Assembly (NCBI GenBank): GCA_051294375.1
Contig: JBJCIZ010000886.1
Coordinates: 1 to 46,245 of the forward strand
Source: Paraspadella gotoi
Taxonomy: Eukaryota; Animalia; Chaetognatha
Length of the DNA stretch: 46,245 bases
Reading direction: 5' to 3'
Each line of letters opens with the position of its first letter. The stretch's first letter is position 1. This document shows, piece by piece, positions 1 to 11,890 of this stretch. The position numbers and the translations under genes are program-made. Under the pieces are notes generated by a model. The model was given only the letters and a program-made list of their open reading frames with translations, made no database searches and had not been told where the DNA came from.

Positions 1-481
1 TATGAGTAAATTTAAGTAAAAATACTTCAAGTAAATATGTTTTTTCCATTTTAACTCCTTTCCACTCGCACGATTCCATCGAAACTTTATATCCAGCTCA
101 ATCACACACTTTTCTACCATCATACAAAATTTCAAGTCAATTGCCCTATCCACTCTTGAGCAATTGGCGTTCAAATAGTGAAATATATTTTTTTGTTTTT
201 TCCATTTAAACCAATTTCCACTCGCACGATTCCCTCGAAACTTCATATCCATCTCAATCACACAGTTTCCTACCCACACACAAAATTTCAGTAATTGGAG
301 TTTTTTGCTAAGGTGGGACGGACGGACGGACGGACGGACATTTTTTTTTGCATAATTTATCATAATTCGATGTTCTGACATGATATAAGTGTGTGCCCGA
401 CAATATTGAGGGGGCGGACCGATGGACCGACAAAGTGAATTATAGAGTCGGGATCGGCTGATAAGCAGATCCGACTAAAAA
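1..481 (+). mobile_element. Helentron-associated/DINE-1-like non-autonomous element, 3' part
   Basis: Repeated tttccatttaaactcatttccactc modules, a (GGAC)n microsatellite, and a terminal hairpin plus subterminal IR (gggatcggctgataagcagatccgact) complementary to the gtcggatctgc seen at the 5' ends of other copies. Confidence 0.55.
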
Positions 482-541
482 CTCAACGAAAGAAAAAGAA
501 AACAGTATTTTATCTTTTTGTCTCAAAAGGATCATTTGTAC

Positions 542-602
542 CGCAAATGGTCGTGTTCGCTTCCAACGATTTGAAAGTAGCCAGATGTGTCTCGGAATCG
601 GC
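542..602 (-). CDS. Probable ZIP transporter micro-exon (loop before TM4)
   Basis: Acceptor tttag. The phase-0 open frame ADSETHLATFKSLEANTTIC(G) fits the preceding exon. The donor GTACAA is weaker. The TM4-TM8 exons must lie left of the window. Confidence 0.55.
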
Positions 603-693
603 CTAAAGTAAGAGTAGCATAGTTAATAGTTTTTTAACATAATTGTATTAGCGAAAACAAAGTTTGAATTGTTCAACAATGATTTTTATAATT

Positions 694-742
694 AAAAACG
701 GACATGTTTCGACTCACATTCGAGTTTTCATCAGCGTTTTTT
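694..742 (-). ncRNA. Minimal type I hammerhead ribozyme in a Penelope pLTR fragment
   Basis: The minus strand reads AAAAACG-CUGAUGA-A-AACUC-GAAUGU-GAGUC-GAAAC-AU-GUC-CGUUUUU. It has a 7-bp stem I, the conserved core, a stem II with an A-C mismatch at its base, a palindromic ACAUGU stem III and a GUC cleavage triplet. The flank 742-785 matches the pLTR at about 3706-3757. Confidence 0.75.
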
Positions 743-1159
743 AGGTTTTGACAGAATATTGAAATTTTGTGCAAAAGTAAATGAGATTAGGGAAGTCTGG
801 CGTTAAGTGTCCGAGATAAAATTTAGCGAATAAAAAAGTTGTTATTTTACTCACTGAATAAAAATACTTAAAATACTTACAAAATACATAAAATTGATAA
901 AATTATTATTTTGAAAACATTGTTCAATGACATGCACTATATCTAGTGCCTTTTTTTCATTGAAATCGATAGATATTAACTAAAAATATTAGAATTAATT
1001 TTTCTTTTGATATAATAAGAGAACCAAACTTCCGACACTTGATGTCGTCAGGTTAATAGTAAATATGCGTTTGAGGATTCCAAATCTGTTTTTAAAATTG
1101 ACCTATGTAGACTCGCATAGACGCGATATGCCTTGAAAGCGAGTTGTTTGGTTTGGTTC

Positions 1160-1611
1160 CACCTAAATTTTTAGCTTCGGCCGAGTCAATTGGTAATAAA
1201 AAAAAAGATTTTCTTTGATATCTTTTGAATCAAAAATGATAGAACGATGAGACTGGTATCATATTAAAGCCATAACTATGGGGCATCTTTTCCATATAAT
1301 TTTTAAAAAATGTTTCAAAGGATTTTTTTTAAATCTTGATCGGAATCTTAGTCAAAAGTATAACAACTTTTGAAATTAAATTAAACACACTTGGCCACAT
1401 TTAAAAAAATAAATAAATATAGATTCTGAAAGAGAAAAGATTGAATTATGTTTCTGATATAAACATAAATTTTCTATACCTCAAATGTTTATATAATTAC
1501 TAAGGAGAATGATTATCATTTTGTTGAAAACAAAAAATTAAAAAAATTCATGTAGGAACCTTAAAAAACATATGATTTAAATATGATAATTTAGGAGTTC
1601 AAACTTTGTTC
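1160..1611. mobile_element. Unclassified AT-rich interspersed repeat (inverted copy of 22240-22700)
   Basis: Near-identical reverse complement of part of the element inserted in the LINE RT region. It abuts and truncates the Penelope-like element. Confidence 0.6.
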
Positions 1612-3333
1612 CCCCTGCTCAAGGGTCTCCGCCTGTCTTGTTGGACAGGTGACCCACTTTCTTAGGGCGCTTCTGCTCATCTTCCTGATGCGCTGTGGTG
1701 GGCGGGGTAGGCTCTTCAGCAGCAAGTACCCTTTCTTCACCCTGGGGGGCGGAGTAAAAAAACTGGTTGGCCACTGCCCTCAGCCTTGCCCACACGCCAA
1801 GGCTCTTTTGACGTGCTCAAGCTCAGCGGCCCGAAGCTCGGGGGTTGACGGAATCAGCTGAGCTCTTCTGGTAAGAGCTCTGACCGTGGCGAGCTTGTGG
1901 GACGAGGGGGCATGAGAGTCAAAGGGAATGTACTGATCGGTGTGGTTCAGTTTTTGGTCGACTGAAAATTCCAATGAGCCTCTTTCTCACATGTCCACTT
2001 GATTCTCGCATGTATACTGTTCATGTGATTCAAGAGGTCCTCAAGGAGGTCCCTCCTCACGGCCAGAATAGTATTGTCTGCCTTCCGATACCAGAAGAGG
2101 ACTGACTCTGCCCCATGCAACAATCGAAAAGAGGCCAAAGCTTCCACCTCATAGTCCTCCATATAAAAAACTGCCAGAGGACTTGATGTCGACTTGCCCA
2201 TCCTTAAGCCACCAGGCCGGGCGTAGTACTGTCCATTTAACCTGAAGTACGCCAGCTCCAGGTTGAGCCACAGCAGTGCCATGATATCATCCAATTGGAT
2301 TGGCATACACTTGTGCAACAACCGGTCTTCCCTCAAGCGGCGCCCTGCTGAAGCCAACGTCAATTCTTGGGGAATATTACTGTACATGCTTTGCAAGCTG
2401 CATGAGACCAAGAGATGAGTATCGGGCACTGTAATATGCTGCAACTTTTCTGTCAGATCAACAGAGTTCTGGAGGTGGTGTTGGTTACCGACTAATGGAG
2501 TGAGGATGCGCCCCAACTCTTTCGTCATCCCATTAAAAATGGAATTGCGGGCCGAAACGATCAGGCGTAGCGGCAAATCAGGCTTATGTACCATCACAGA
2601 TGAATGAAACCCGGAAACAGAGGAAAGGATTAAGGAAGAGGATTCCGGAAGAGGAAGAAGATTCTGGAATGATTTCGAATTGGATTTTGGAAGCCAAATC
2701 CAGAAAAGGAACGATAGTTTCCGGAAGAGGAAAAGAAGGTTCCAGAAGAGGAAGAGGAGGATTCCGGAAGAGGAAACTGGCTTCGTCTACTTGCCCATTA
2801 TAAATAGCCTCTGTTTCTGCTTTGATTCACTCTGTTTGAAAATTGACACCGTCTTCTCTTGTCTATTTTCTGATAATAAAATTCTACTTTGATTTCATAT
2901 CGAAATCCCTGTCTGCTTACTTAAATGGTACCTTCGGCTGACCAAAGAACAAAGGCTGTGTTGAGTCAGGATTGACTCTCTGAAATACTGCCGGGGAACA
3001 GTATTCACATATTCTTTTCGTAACCGTCTGGATTTGAGCCCTGTATGCAAGGGTCGGATCCTTTGGCAGATGGTGGTATGTCTTTCGGTCTGCCAACATT
3101 TTCAGTACCTTGTCTTTGTAATCATGAGCGTCCATGATTACCGCAGCTCTTCCCTTGTCCGCGGGATGAACCATGATCGCCTGATTGTGCTTGAGTGAGG
3201 CAATGGCCTTGCGCTCACCCTTACCGACATTTGGCGGGGGCGGAGCTCTTTCGGCATTGCGCATCCGCGCCGCCGCCGCCGCCCGTAGGCGTAGGGTTGC
3301 CGCCGCTTCGGGCTGTTGATTGAGGAGTCTCAT
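1612..3333 (-). mobile_element. Penelope-like element, degenerate reverse transcriptase (frameshifted, GIY-YIG end missing)
   Basis: PLE motifs PADKGRAAVIMD, FFGQPKV/HKPDLPLRLIVS, SMYSNIP, GLRMGKSTSSPLA, a degenerate catalytic WYRKADN, LNHMNSIHARIKWT and HTDQYIPFDSHAPSSHK. Confidence 0.9.
2593..2927 (+). mobile_element. 335-bp insertion in the Penelope RT, possibly a solo LTR-like element
   Basis: Flanked by a GTACC duplication (2588-2592 and 2928-2932) that splits PKV|HKP. It has internal ttccggaagagg tandem units, TATAAATA near 2798 and AATAAA near 2875. Confidence 0.55.
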
Positions 3334-3780
3334 TTTTGAGCTCTATCTTATCTCTTATATTTCATCTTTTTCTTTAACTTAACTATCCCTAACAAATGTC
3401 ATTTTTCACATTTCACATTTGAAATTCTATATTTTCACTTAATTTATTTAGTTAATTGTTAATTTCACTATTATTATTCAGCTTTAAAATCTTATATCTT
3501 TGTTGTACATTGCACAAATGTATCATTTTACCTCTCTCTCTCTCTCCCTGCCTCTCTCTCTCTCTGTGTGTGTGTGTTTGACCATTTTGACTTCTTTTCA
3601 AAAACTCACTCAATCTGTCCCTACTTTCAACCTGTCCTCACCTCTGACCACTATTCTGTCTCACCACTTTGTTGGAAAACTTTAATTCTGTCTCTCTCTC
3701 TCTCTCACATTTACTTTCGCACAAAATTTCACTATTCTGTCAAAACCTAAATAACGCTGATGAGTGATGAAGACTCGAAA
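3330..3780 (+). mobile_element. Inverted Penelope pseudo-LTR with a truncated hammerhead core
   Basis: Homologous to 27955-28240 and 31320-31815. It ends in acgCTGATGAgtgatgaagactcgaa and lies opposite in orientation to the adjacent RT. Confidence 0.6.
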
Positions 3781-4079
3781 TTTAAAATCGCGAAACATGG
3801 AATTTCGCCAATTTCATTATTGTAATAGAAAAAGATGCGTCTATAAGATAAACCGATGGACAGACATAACATACCGAACAATCTGTCACGTTCCCATCTG
3901 TCCATGAAGATACTTTGGGCTACATAAATTTGTAGACTGACAAGCATATTTTTCTTGTACCTTTGTGTGATATGAGGTTAAGTACAGTTTGAAAAGATTT
4001 CCACTTAAACCCAATGATCAGACAGGCATGTTTCCAATAGGACAGATTTATCGAACGGTTGAATACAGACCGACCTTAC

Positions 4080-4335
4080 CCTCAGCGCCATCGTCGGTTC
4101 CTTCGCCTCAAATCCTCCATTATCGATCCCTTCCTTCTTTTGCGACTTGGTGTGGGCGTGGCTATGGCCGTGGGCGTGCCCGTGGTCGACTTTGTCTCCA
4201 TGGTAATAATTGGCGATGATACAGAAGACTGACTCAACTACGTAGAAGGCATAAATGGCGACTAAGAGAAGAAGCATTTTCCAAACGAAATTGATGTCCT
4301 TTTCGGCGTGAGCATCGTGGTCGGCTTCGTGCGAT
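4080..4335 (-). CDS. ZIP transporter exon (TM3 and His-rich cytoplasmic loop)
   Basis: Part of ORF 4005-4430: SHEADHDAHAEKDINFVWKMLLLLVAIYAFYVVESVF...DHGHAHGHSHAH. Acceptor ctcag, donor GTAAGG, phase 2 in and phase 0 out. Confidence 0.88.
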
Positions 4336-4429
4336 CTGAGATTGAAAGGGGAGGCATGTGAGACGTGTTCTTTGTTTGCAAGGGTGACCAGTGTCCACTG
4401 ACCATGGCAGGGCGGGACACAAAGTAACA

Positions 4430-5437
4430 CGTTTGAGCAAACAATGTCGGATCTGTCTACGATATTTAAGCGGTAATGAGCTAATCAGATGATGAATGAC
4501 GATAATTATTTCGATTTGTGATCATAACAGATCGTACCATACCAAACCAATGGTTGCGCATATATATGTAAAGGATTAAACTTGCAAGGGATTAAACTGA
4601 ACTGTTACTATGGTACAAACAAATAATTTTTTTAACTATTATTATTTTTTTAATTTTAATTTTTTTCAACTTGCACCATTTTTTTTACTCACTCCATTTT
4701 TCCACTTTCACTTTTTTTACTAGCATCATTTTTTTCATTTCGGACATTTTTTAAATTTAATTAATTAATCAATTAATTAACTAATTAAAACATTTATGAG
4801 TAAGCATAAATAATAAAATTTCAAGTCAACTTGACCTTGGTTTTTTTCATGCAAACTCATTTCCACTCCTCGATTCCATCTAAACTTTATATGCTGCTCA
4901 ATCACACACTTTCCTACCCAGTACCCACACACAAAATTTCATCTCATACTATCTTTCCAATTATGAATAATTTTAGTAATTATGGGTAAAAATTATTGTG
5001 TATAAACTATCAATTTCGTTGCGTTTTGAAATTTAGGAGAAAAAACAATTGTTAACAAGGGTTAAAATTAGTAAAAATATTCAAGAAAATGTGACTTATG
5101 TTTTTTTCCATTTAAACTAATTTCCACTTGCACGATTTCATTGAAACTTTATATCCAGGTTCATCACACACATTAATTAGTGTAATTATGGGTTAAAATT
5201 AGTAAAAAGATTCAAGTAAAAGTGACTTATGTTTTTTCTATTTAAACTCATTTCCACTCGAACGATTCAATCAAAACTTTATATCCAGCTCAATCACACA
5301 CTTTCCTATTTCAATTCAATTCAATTCAACCTTTCAATCACGAGTAATTGGAGTTTTTAGCTAAGGAGGGACGGACGGATGGATGGACATCATTTTTTTT
5401 CCATAATTTACCGACGGACCTACAAAGTGAATTATAT
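4430..5437 (+). mobile_element. Helentron/DINE-1-like repeat
   Basis: Begins gtttgagcaaacaatgtcggatctg and contains the family's tandem modules and (GGAC/GGAT)n. Its 5' part recurs inverted at about 26280-26565. Confidence 0.5.
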
Positions 5438-5687
5438 TTCTAATCACATTTGATTTGGAACCTCGCTAATTGTTGAAGACAAGTGTAACAATTTCCGAAG
5501 AGTTATAAAATGACCCTTCTAAATTTAAGAAAAAGGGTCATTCAATTCAACTTCAAAATTCAGAAAGCTGAGCTCCTGGCGATTCCGAAAATGTATTCAC
5601 TTTAAGCATTTGATGCATTCTACCCCATTTTATATCGGTTTTAATTATAATATAAAATAAAAGAAACCTATCTGAAGAGTTGCAGGT

Positions 5688-8600
5688 TGTTACGAGGCTA
5701 TGGATCTCGCCCCTGCTCAGCAACTTAAGGATAGGAAGGAAGAGAGAGTACCTGAGCTAGTCTTCTCCCCCTGCTCAGCAACCTAAGGATAGGAAGGAAG
5801 AGAGAGGTTCCTCAGCTTGTCTCCTCGCCCCTGCTCCGCAACCTGAGGTTAGGAAGGAAGAGAGAGGTACCTGAGCTAGTCTGCTCGCCATGCTCACCTA
5901 CCTGAGGTTAGGAAGGAAGCGATAGGTACCTGAGCAAGTTTTTCTCGTCACTCCTCTGCTATGTCAGCTATCTCAGCATAGATCATCTAATGAGAAGTTG
6001 GCGGGAAAACAGAAGAACCAATGACAAGCTTGCACACCTCAGCAAGAAGAGAGAGGAGGAAAGAGAGAATCTCAGATATCACAGCCCTCAGCCAATAGGA
6101 GAGAGAGGAGAGCTGAGGGTCCTCAAGGGGTACTCAGAGTTCCTTAGCCTTGCACCAATGAGATGCTCTATTTTATGTAGATGAGGAGGAGGGTAGGCTA
6201 GGTTTTTCTATAAAAAGGAGTGTAACAAGGCTTCTGGGGGCAGTTCAGCGGCCTCCCAAGAAGAAAGAAGAACAACTGCGCCCCAGCAAGACCAATGGAC
6301 CTCAGGACTCAGGATCATAGAGGAACTATGCCCAAATCTCCCTGGATAGGAAATCCTTGCCTGGCAACGGCCCTCACTGTTGGAAATAAAGGATGCTAAT
6401 AAACTACAAATAAAACTCTAATAAAACGTTTTTCCTGATAGGAAAAAGTAGCTACTGGGTAGTTGTAGGATTGATCTTTTTTGGGCGGCCGAAATCCGCA
6501 ACATCTGGCGCCCAATGTGGCTCTCCACACGCCCAAAAGTGGATAAAATCCTGGATGGAAATTTCTTCAAAAATTTGCTTTACATCAACTTGGGGAAAAT
6601 TTATAAATTTTATGTCAAATTGGCACTTAAATGAAAATTTTAAAAAACTGAAAAGTTGTAACATTAAAAAGTTGAAATATTTAAATGTTGAAAGCAGAAA
6701 AATTGAAATGTTGAAAATTGAGAAGTTGAAAAAATTGAAAAGTTGAAAGATTGAAAGATACAAAATTTTCAAACAAATAATCCAAAAGCTTTTAAAAAAA
6801 TGTTTATGAAATAACAAAAAGTAAAAAGTAAAAATCATAATAATTAAAATCATAATCTTTTAATTTTGAAAGAATCTCTGTTTCTTAACGCGTAAATCGT
6901 ACCAGTGCAATTGGCAGGAAAACGTCGTTCGCGTCTCAAGTTTCACTTGAAATTCTATGTTTCTTTTTGTTTTGGTGGGAAATGGTAGGTTTATACGAAA
7001 TGGCCAAAAAAAAAAAAAAAAATCATAATTTTCTTTTAAAATTTTCAAGTGCCAGGTTCATCGTCTTTCGGAATCTACATTTGTTTACTTCTTTCTAACC
7101 ATGGACCCCCAACAAAAGGAAACCATAGGCTTTGACGGTCTCTTGCTGCCGCGAAAAATGGAATGGGAATCATCTTTCCTTCGTCGATCGTCAGCTCTGA
7201 CCAAAGAGCTGAGAAGGGTGATCGCTACTGCCGAATAGCACCCATCGGACTCGTGGATTTCGATTTGTCTCGTATTTGGCTTTGAATGTAAAAATGTAAA
7301 ATTCTAAAATAAAATCAAAATTGAATCTGAAATAAACATCTTTAAAAACGAAAAATGAAAAATAAAGGAGAATTTCGGGAATAACTTGTGTGAAGAAATT
7401 AAAATATTTTTTCAACGTCTCTCTCTAAAATTAAAAATAATTTTATGGAAGGTTTAATTTACAGAAAATAACTCCAGCGCAATGTTGAAAAAATAAAAAA
7501 AAATAATAAGAAAAGTGTAATCAACCTTTTGTTGGTGGTAGGGATTAAGGAGTCACTGGATTTCTTTGGAAGGGCCCATCCTGCGATTCTACACATCTGG
7601 CAACTTTCCATCAACGTGTGATTTGTATGATGCTAAAGTATGGTTGTTTTCTTGGTGGTCAAGATGGATGTTTTGAAACTTAAATTTAAAATTCCTGCGC
7701 AGGTGGATTCTGGAGAAAATTCTTGGCCAAGTGTGAATTTTCGGCCCGTGAAGCCGTGGACTGAGGATTAAAGATTATTCATCAAATTTGAAAATCCAGG
7801 TGTAGTGACACCTGATGGGGCGTGAAGTTAAAATTAAAGTGTATGCCATCCAGGAAGGAGAGATATTAAGTGAAAAATGACGCCAGTTGACGTCACCACA
7901 AAAATAGAAAAAATAATAAATACCAAATAAAAATAAACACTGAAACAAATTTGGATCTCAAGGACGCACATCAAAGAGAATTTAATTGGAAATAATCTGA
8001 AACTTGGAAATAAAGGAGGAAAGCCCTCACAGAAAGGCTTTGAGGATCTAACAAAATTGCTCAACGGTTATCAAAAGATATTGAACTCATTCACAATGAA
8101 TTTCATCCTCAAAAGGAAACTACTTCAGCAGAAAATAAACTAAAATCTCTTCACTGTGGAAAAACTCTTTTTAAGGATCACTACTACAGAATTTTGGTCG
8201 GGGAGAAACTCACTAAAGGGAAATCAAATCAAAATTTCTTCACTGGACTATTCTGATCAAGCAGAACCAACAAGAACAAGAGAATCAAATAGAAATCTTT
8301 CATTGTGAACAAACCCTGGTCGGGAGAGACTGCTTCAGAGCATAACTAAACAACAAGGATTAATTGGACAACAAGAAGTCCCATCTCATCAAATCTGGAG
8401 CCAATCATTGGAAAGATCCTGGTCGGGGAGTTTATCATCCATTTCCAACATTCTGGTCAAGGAGAAGCCACCATTGAGGAAAGTCTGCAGTGTGGAGAAA
8501 AAGAAAAATTCTCATATCAAGGATGTGGAAAATCTATAAATCTCACCTTTTGAGAAATCTTGGTCGGGGAGAAGCAGTCTCAAGAAGTTTATCAATCAAG

Positions 8601-9670
8601 CAATCCATGGGAAAAATGGAAAAAACTCATCAAATTCTGTGAAGATTCTGATTTTATTTGATTTGATACATATTCAAGTATCCTTCTGTGTTACTTGATT
8701 CTGTCACTTACCTCATAAGATTGTGTCTCTGTTTTTACAGGTAAGTTTTTGAAATTGTGTCTCTGTAATTTCTTTTCTTTTTTTGTTGAAATGAATATTT
8801 TTTTGTAGCAGGTGCCGTTGCCAAGTCATAGGTTTTTTTAGTTTTGGGGACCAAAACCGGGTGGTCGGGGAGGATGTTACGAGGCTGGGATCTCGCCCCT
8901 GCTCAGCAACTTAAGGATAGGAAGGAAGAGAGAGGTACCTGAGCTAGTCTTCTCGCCCCTGCTCAAGCACCTAAGGATAGGAAGAAGAGAGAGGTTCCTC
9001 AGCTTGTCTCCTCGCCTGCTCCGCAACCTGAGGTTAGGAAGGAAGAGAGAGGTACCTGAGCTAGTCTGCTCGCCCTGCTCACCTACCTGAGGTTAGGAAG
9101 GAGACGATAGGTACCTGAGCAAGTTTTCTCGTCACTCCTCTGCTATGTCAGCTATCTCAGCATAGATCATCTAATGAGAAGTTGGCGGGAAAACAGAAGA
9201 ACCAATGACAAGCTTGCACACCTCAGCAAGAGAGAGAGGAGGAAAGAGAGATCTCAGATATCACAGCCCTCAGCCAATAGGAGAGAGAGGAGTAGAGCTA
9301 TCAGGTTCCTTAGCCTTGCACCAATGAGATGCTCTATTTTATGTAGATGAGGAGGAAGGGTAGGCTAGGTTTTTCTATAAAACGGAGTGTAAACAAGGCT
9401 TCTGGGGGCAGTTCAGCGGCCTCCCAAGAAGAAAGAAGAACAACTGCGCCCCAGCAAGACCAATGGACCTCAGGACTCAGGATCATAGAGGAACTATGCC
9501 CAAATCTCCCTGGATAGGAAATCCTTGGCCTGGCAACGGCCCTCACTGTGGAAATAAAGGATGCTAATAAACTACAAATAAAACTCTAATAAAACGTTTT
9601 TCCTGATAGGAAAAAGTAGCTACTGGGTAGTTGTAGGATTGATCTTTTTTGCGGCCCGAAATCCGCAACA
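5688..9670 (+). mobile_element. Non-coding LTR retroelement (LARD-like)
   Basis: LTRs at 5688-6503 and 8875-9670 (TG...CA). TSD CAGGT at 5683-5687 and 9671-9675. PBS TGGCGCCCAATGTGG at 6506 (tRNA-Lys type) and PPT ggtggtcggggagga before the 3' LTR. U3 has about 59-bp tandem repeats, plus TATA-like and AATAAA signals. No recognisable gag/pol ORF. Confidence 0.92.
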
Positions 9671-10487
9671 CAGGTCAAACGAAAAGGCCAATCCATCTGA
9701 TATTTTTTATGAATTCTTTATTACTGAATTTAGAAAAATGTAATAGAGAGACATTTTTAAATTTCAACTTGTATTCTTGAAAATGAAACGTTTTTAAACT
9801 TTAACCCTGAATTCTTTCTAACTGGAACGCGTTACAAAATGTCTCTCTATTACATTTTATACAAATGTTTTTAAGATTGCTAATCAAATTTTTTAATTTA
9901 ATATTATTGCAATCGTTTAGGCTGCAACTCTTCAAATTCAGTGTAGATTCATTGTAGCTCGAATTTCTTTACCATCTATTTAACTGAAGATTTTGTTCAT
10001 GACTGGAAAACCAACAGAGTAACGAGATTATTGTTTAATTCTCCCTTCTAAACTATCCCATACCGTGTTTTAACTTCTTACTAGAATTTTTTAACAACCA
10101 GATTGAAAAACAAATCTTTAAAAAATGTGCTTACCCATTTAACTTAAACATTTTGTTATTTACCCATTAAAAAAAAATTATTGAAAACAGAATGAACACA
10201 AAAAATAAGAACTTATTTCTTTGTGATTACTGATGACTATAATTGGGGATGAGCATCGTTTCTAAACAACTCATTGTTTGATATCAAATTTGGTAGCGTT
10301 CGATAGACAATTGCAAACATTATCTACATGCATAATTTCATCATAATCCGACAATCTGTTCAAAAGTAATCGCCAAAAAGCAATCGTAAAAATCGCTCTT
10401 CAACCGATAAACTTTCGCTTAAAATCGAGCTCGTTTTGATCCAACAAAGATTAGTACTATGCGTAGTACTAAGCTTTAGAACCGGCG

Positions 10488-11167
10488 CACAGTGAGATCC
10501 TGGGCCTGAATTTTTCAGAAAAATCCCGTTCAGTTAAAAATATTTTTTTATTATATATTAATTATAAGAATAATTTTAAAAAATTTTATTTGAATATTAA
10601 AATAATTAAAAAATAATTTTGTATAATTTTATAATAATAAAATAATAAAATATATATTATTATCAGATAATATAATAATAATAAAATAATAATAAATTAA
10701 TAATAATAATAATAAAAATAATAATTATAATTAAAAAAATAAAAATTAAAAAATAATATTAAAAAATAAAATATTTATATTTTATTTATTATTATAATTA
10801 TTTTATTATTATTATTATTATCATTATTATTAAAATAAAATTAAAAATTTTTTTGATTTATTATATTTAATATAATTATTATATTTTATTAAAATTAAAA
10901 TTTTACTTTAATTTTATATTTTTTAATTATACTAAAATAAAAAAAATTATTGCAGTTTGAAAAAATTAGTTAATTTTATTGTAAAATATAATTTTTTATG
11001 CATATATACTTTTTAATATATAGTATTAACTTTCTCGGATTGAATAAAAAAATTTATTTTTAACACTATAATTATATTTATATAAATATTTTTTATATAT
11101 TATATAATAATATAAAAAATTAAAAAAATTATTTTTCTAGCATTTGGGACTCACAAGCAACACTGTG
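10488..11167. mobile_element. Possible Transib-type MITE with an extremely AT-rich interior
   Basis: Terminal CACAGTG...CACTGTG inverted repeats. The flanks CGGCG and CGACT only partly match as a 5-bp TSD. Confidence 0.35.
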
Positions 11168-11396
11168 CGACTATGCAGTTTTGAATAGAAGTGAAATATA
11201 AAGGAATCTTGATCGGAGCTTCGATTCGAACGATGCGCAACCCTACTATAATGTATTTCTCGATATATTAGCTCTAACACATCAATGATTACGTATTGTT
11301 ATGCTGAATGACCTTTCCTCTTAAGCGAGGCATAGCAAAATTTTACATTACCATTACAATTTTACCATTTAAATACAGATTGACGGAGCTAAGCAT

Positions 11397-11890
11397 TAAG
11401 GCGTAGTGAAAGTTACATACGAAAATTCTAAAAGTCAAGTATGAACAACATACCATCAGTGAACATTAATTTATAAAAAAAATTTATTTTATGATTTTTA
11501 ATTTTCGCAGTAGGCTATATTTATATATAGTACTATCCTTATAAAATCGAAAAATTTCAAAATAGGCTTTTCTTAATTTTGATTGCAGATTTGAATTCCT
11601 CTTAAAAAGTTGATAAAAGAAAACATAAATCATTTTTAAAAATTCTTTCATTAAGTGGGTTAAAAATTAAAAAAACTATATTTAATATATAAAAAATTAA
11701 TTTTCAGCTTAAAATATAGTTTTTTCTAATTTTTGACCTACTTAATGAAAGAATTTTTCAAAAAGAGTTATATTTCTTTTTATCAACTTTTAATGACGAA
11801 TCCAAATCTCCAAAAAAATCTTAGAAAAAACTGTTTTGAAATTTTAACATTTATTAGTTTAGTACTAGTATAAATATGGCCTACTCAGTA
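11397..11890 (-). mobile_element. hAT-like MITE, truncated copy
   Basis: Starts with the TIR taaggcgtagt and is the reverse complement of 14330-14819. Confidence 0.7.

Noticed and set aside
5688-6503. Ribozyme in the large element's LTR
   Set aside because: No twister L4 (UNNNAAGC) or hammerhead core was found by eye.
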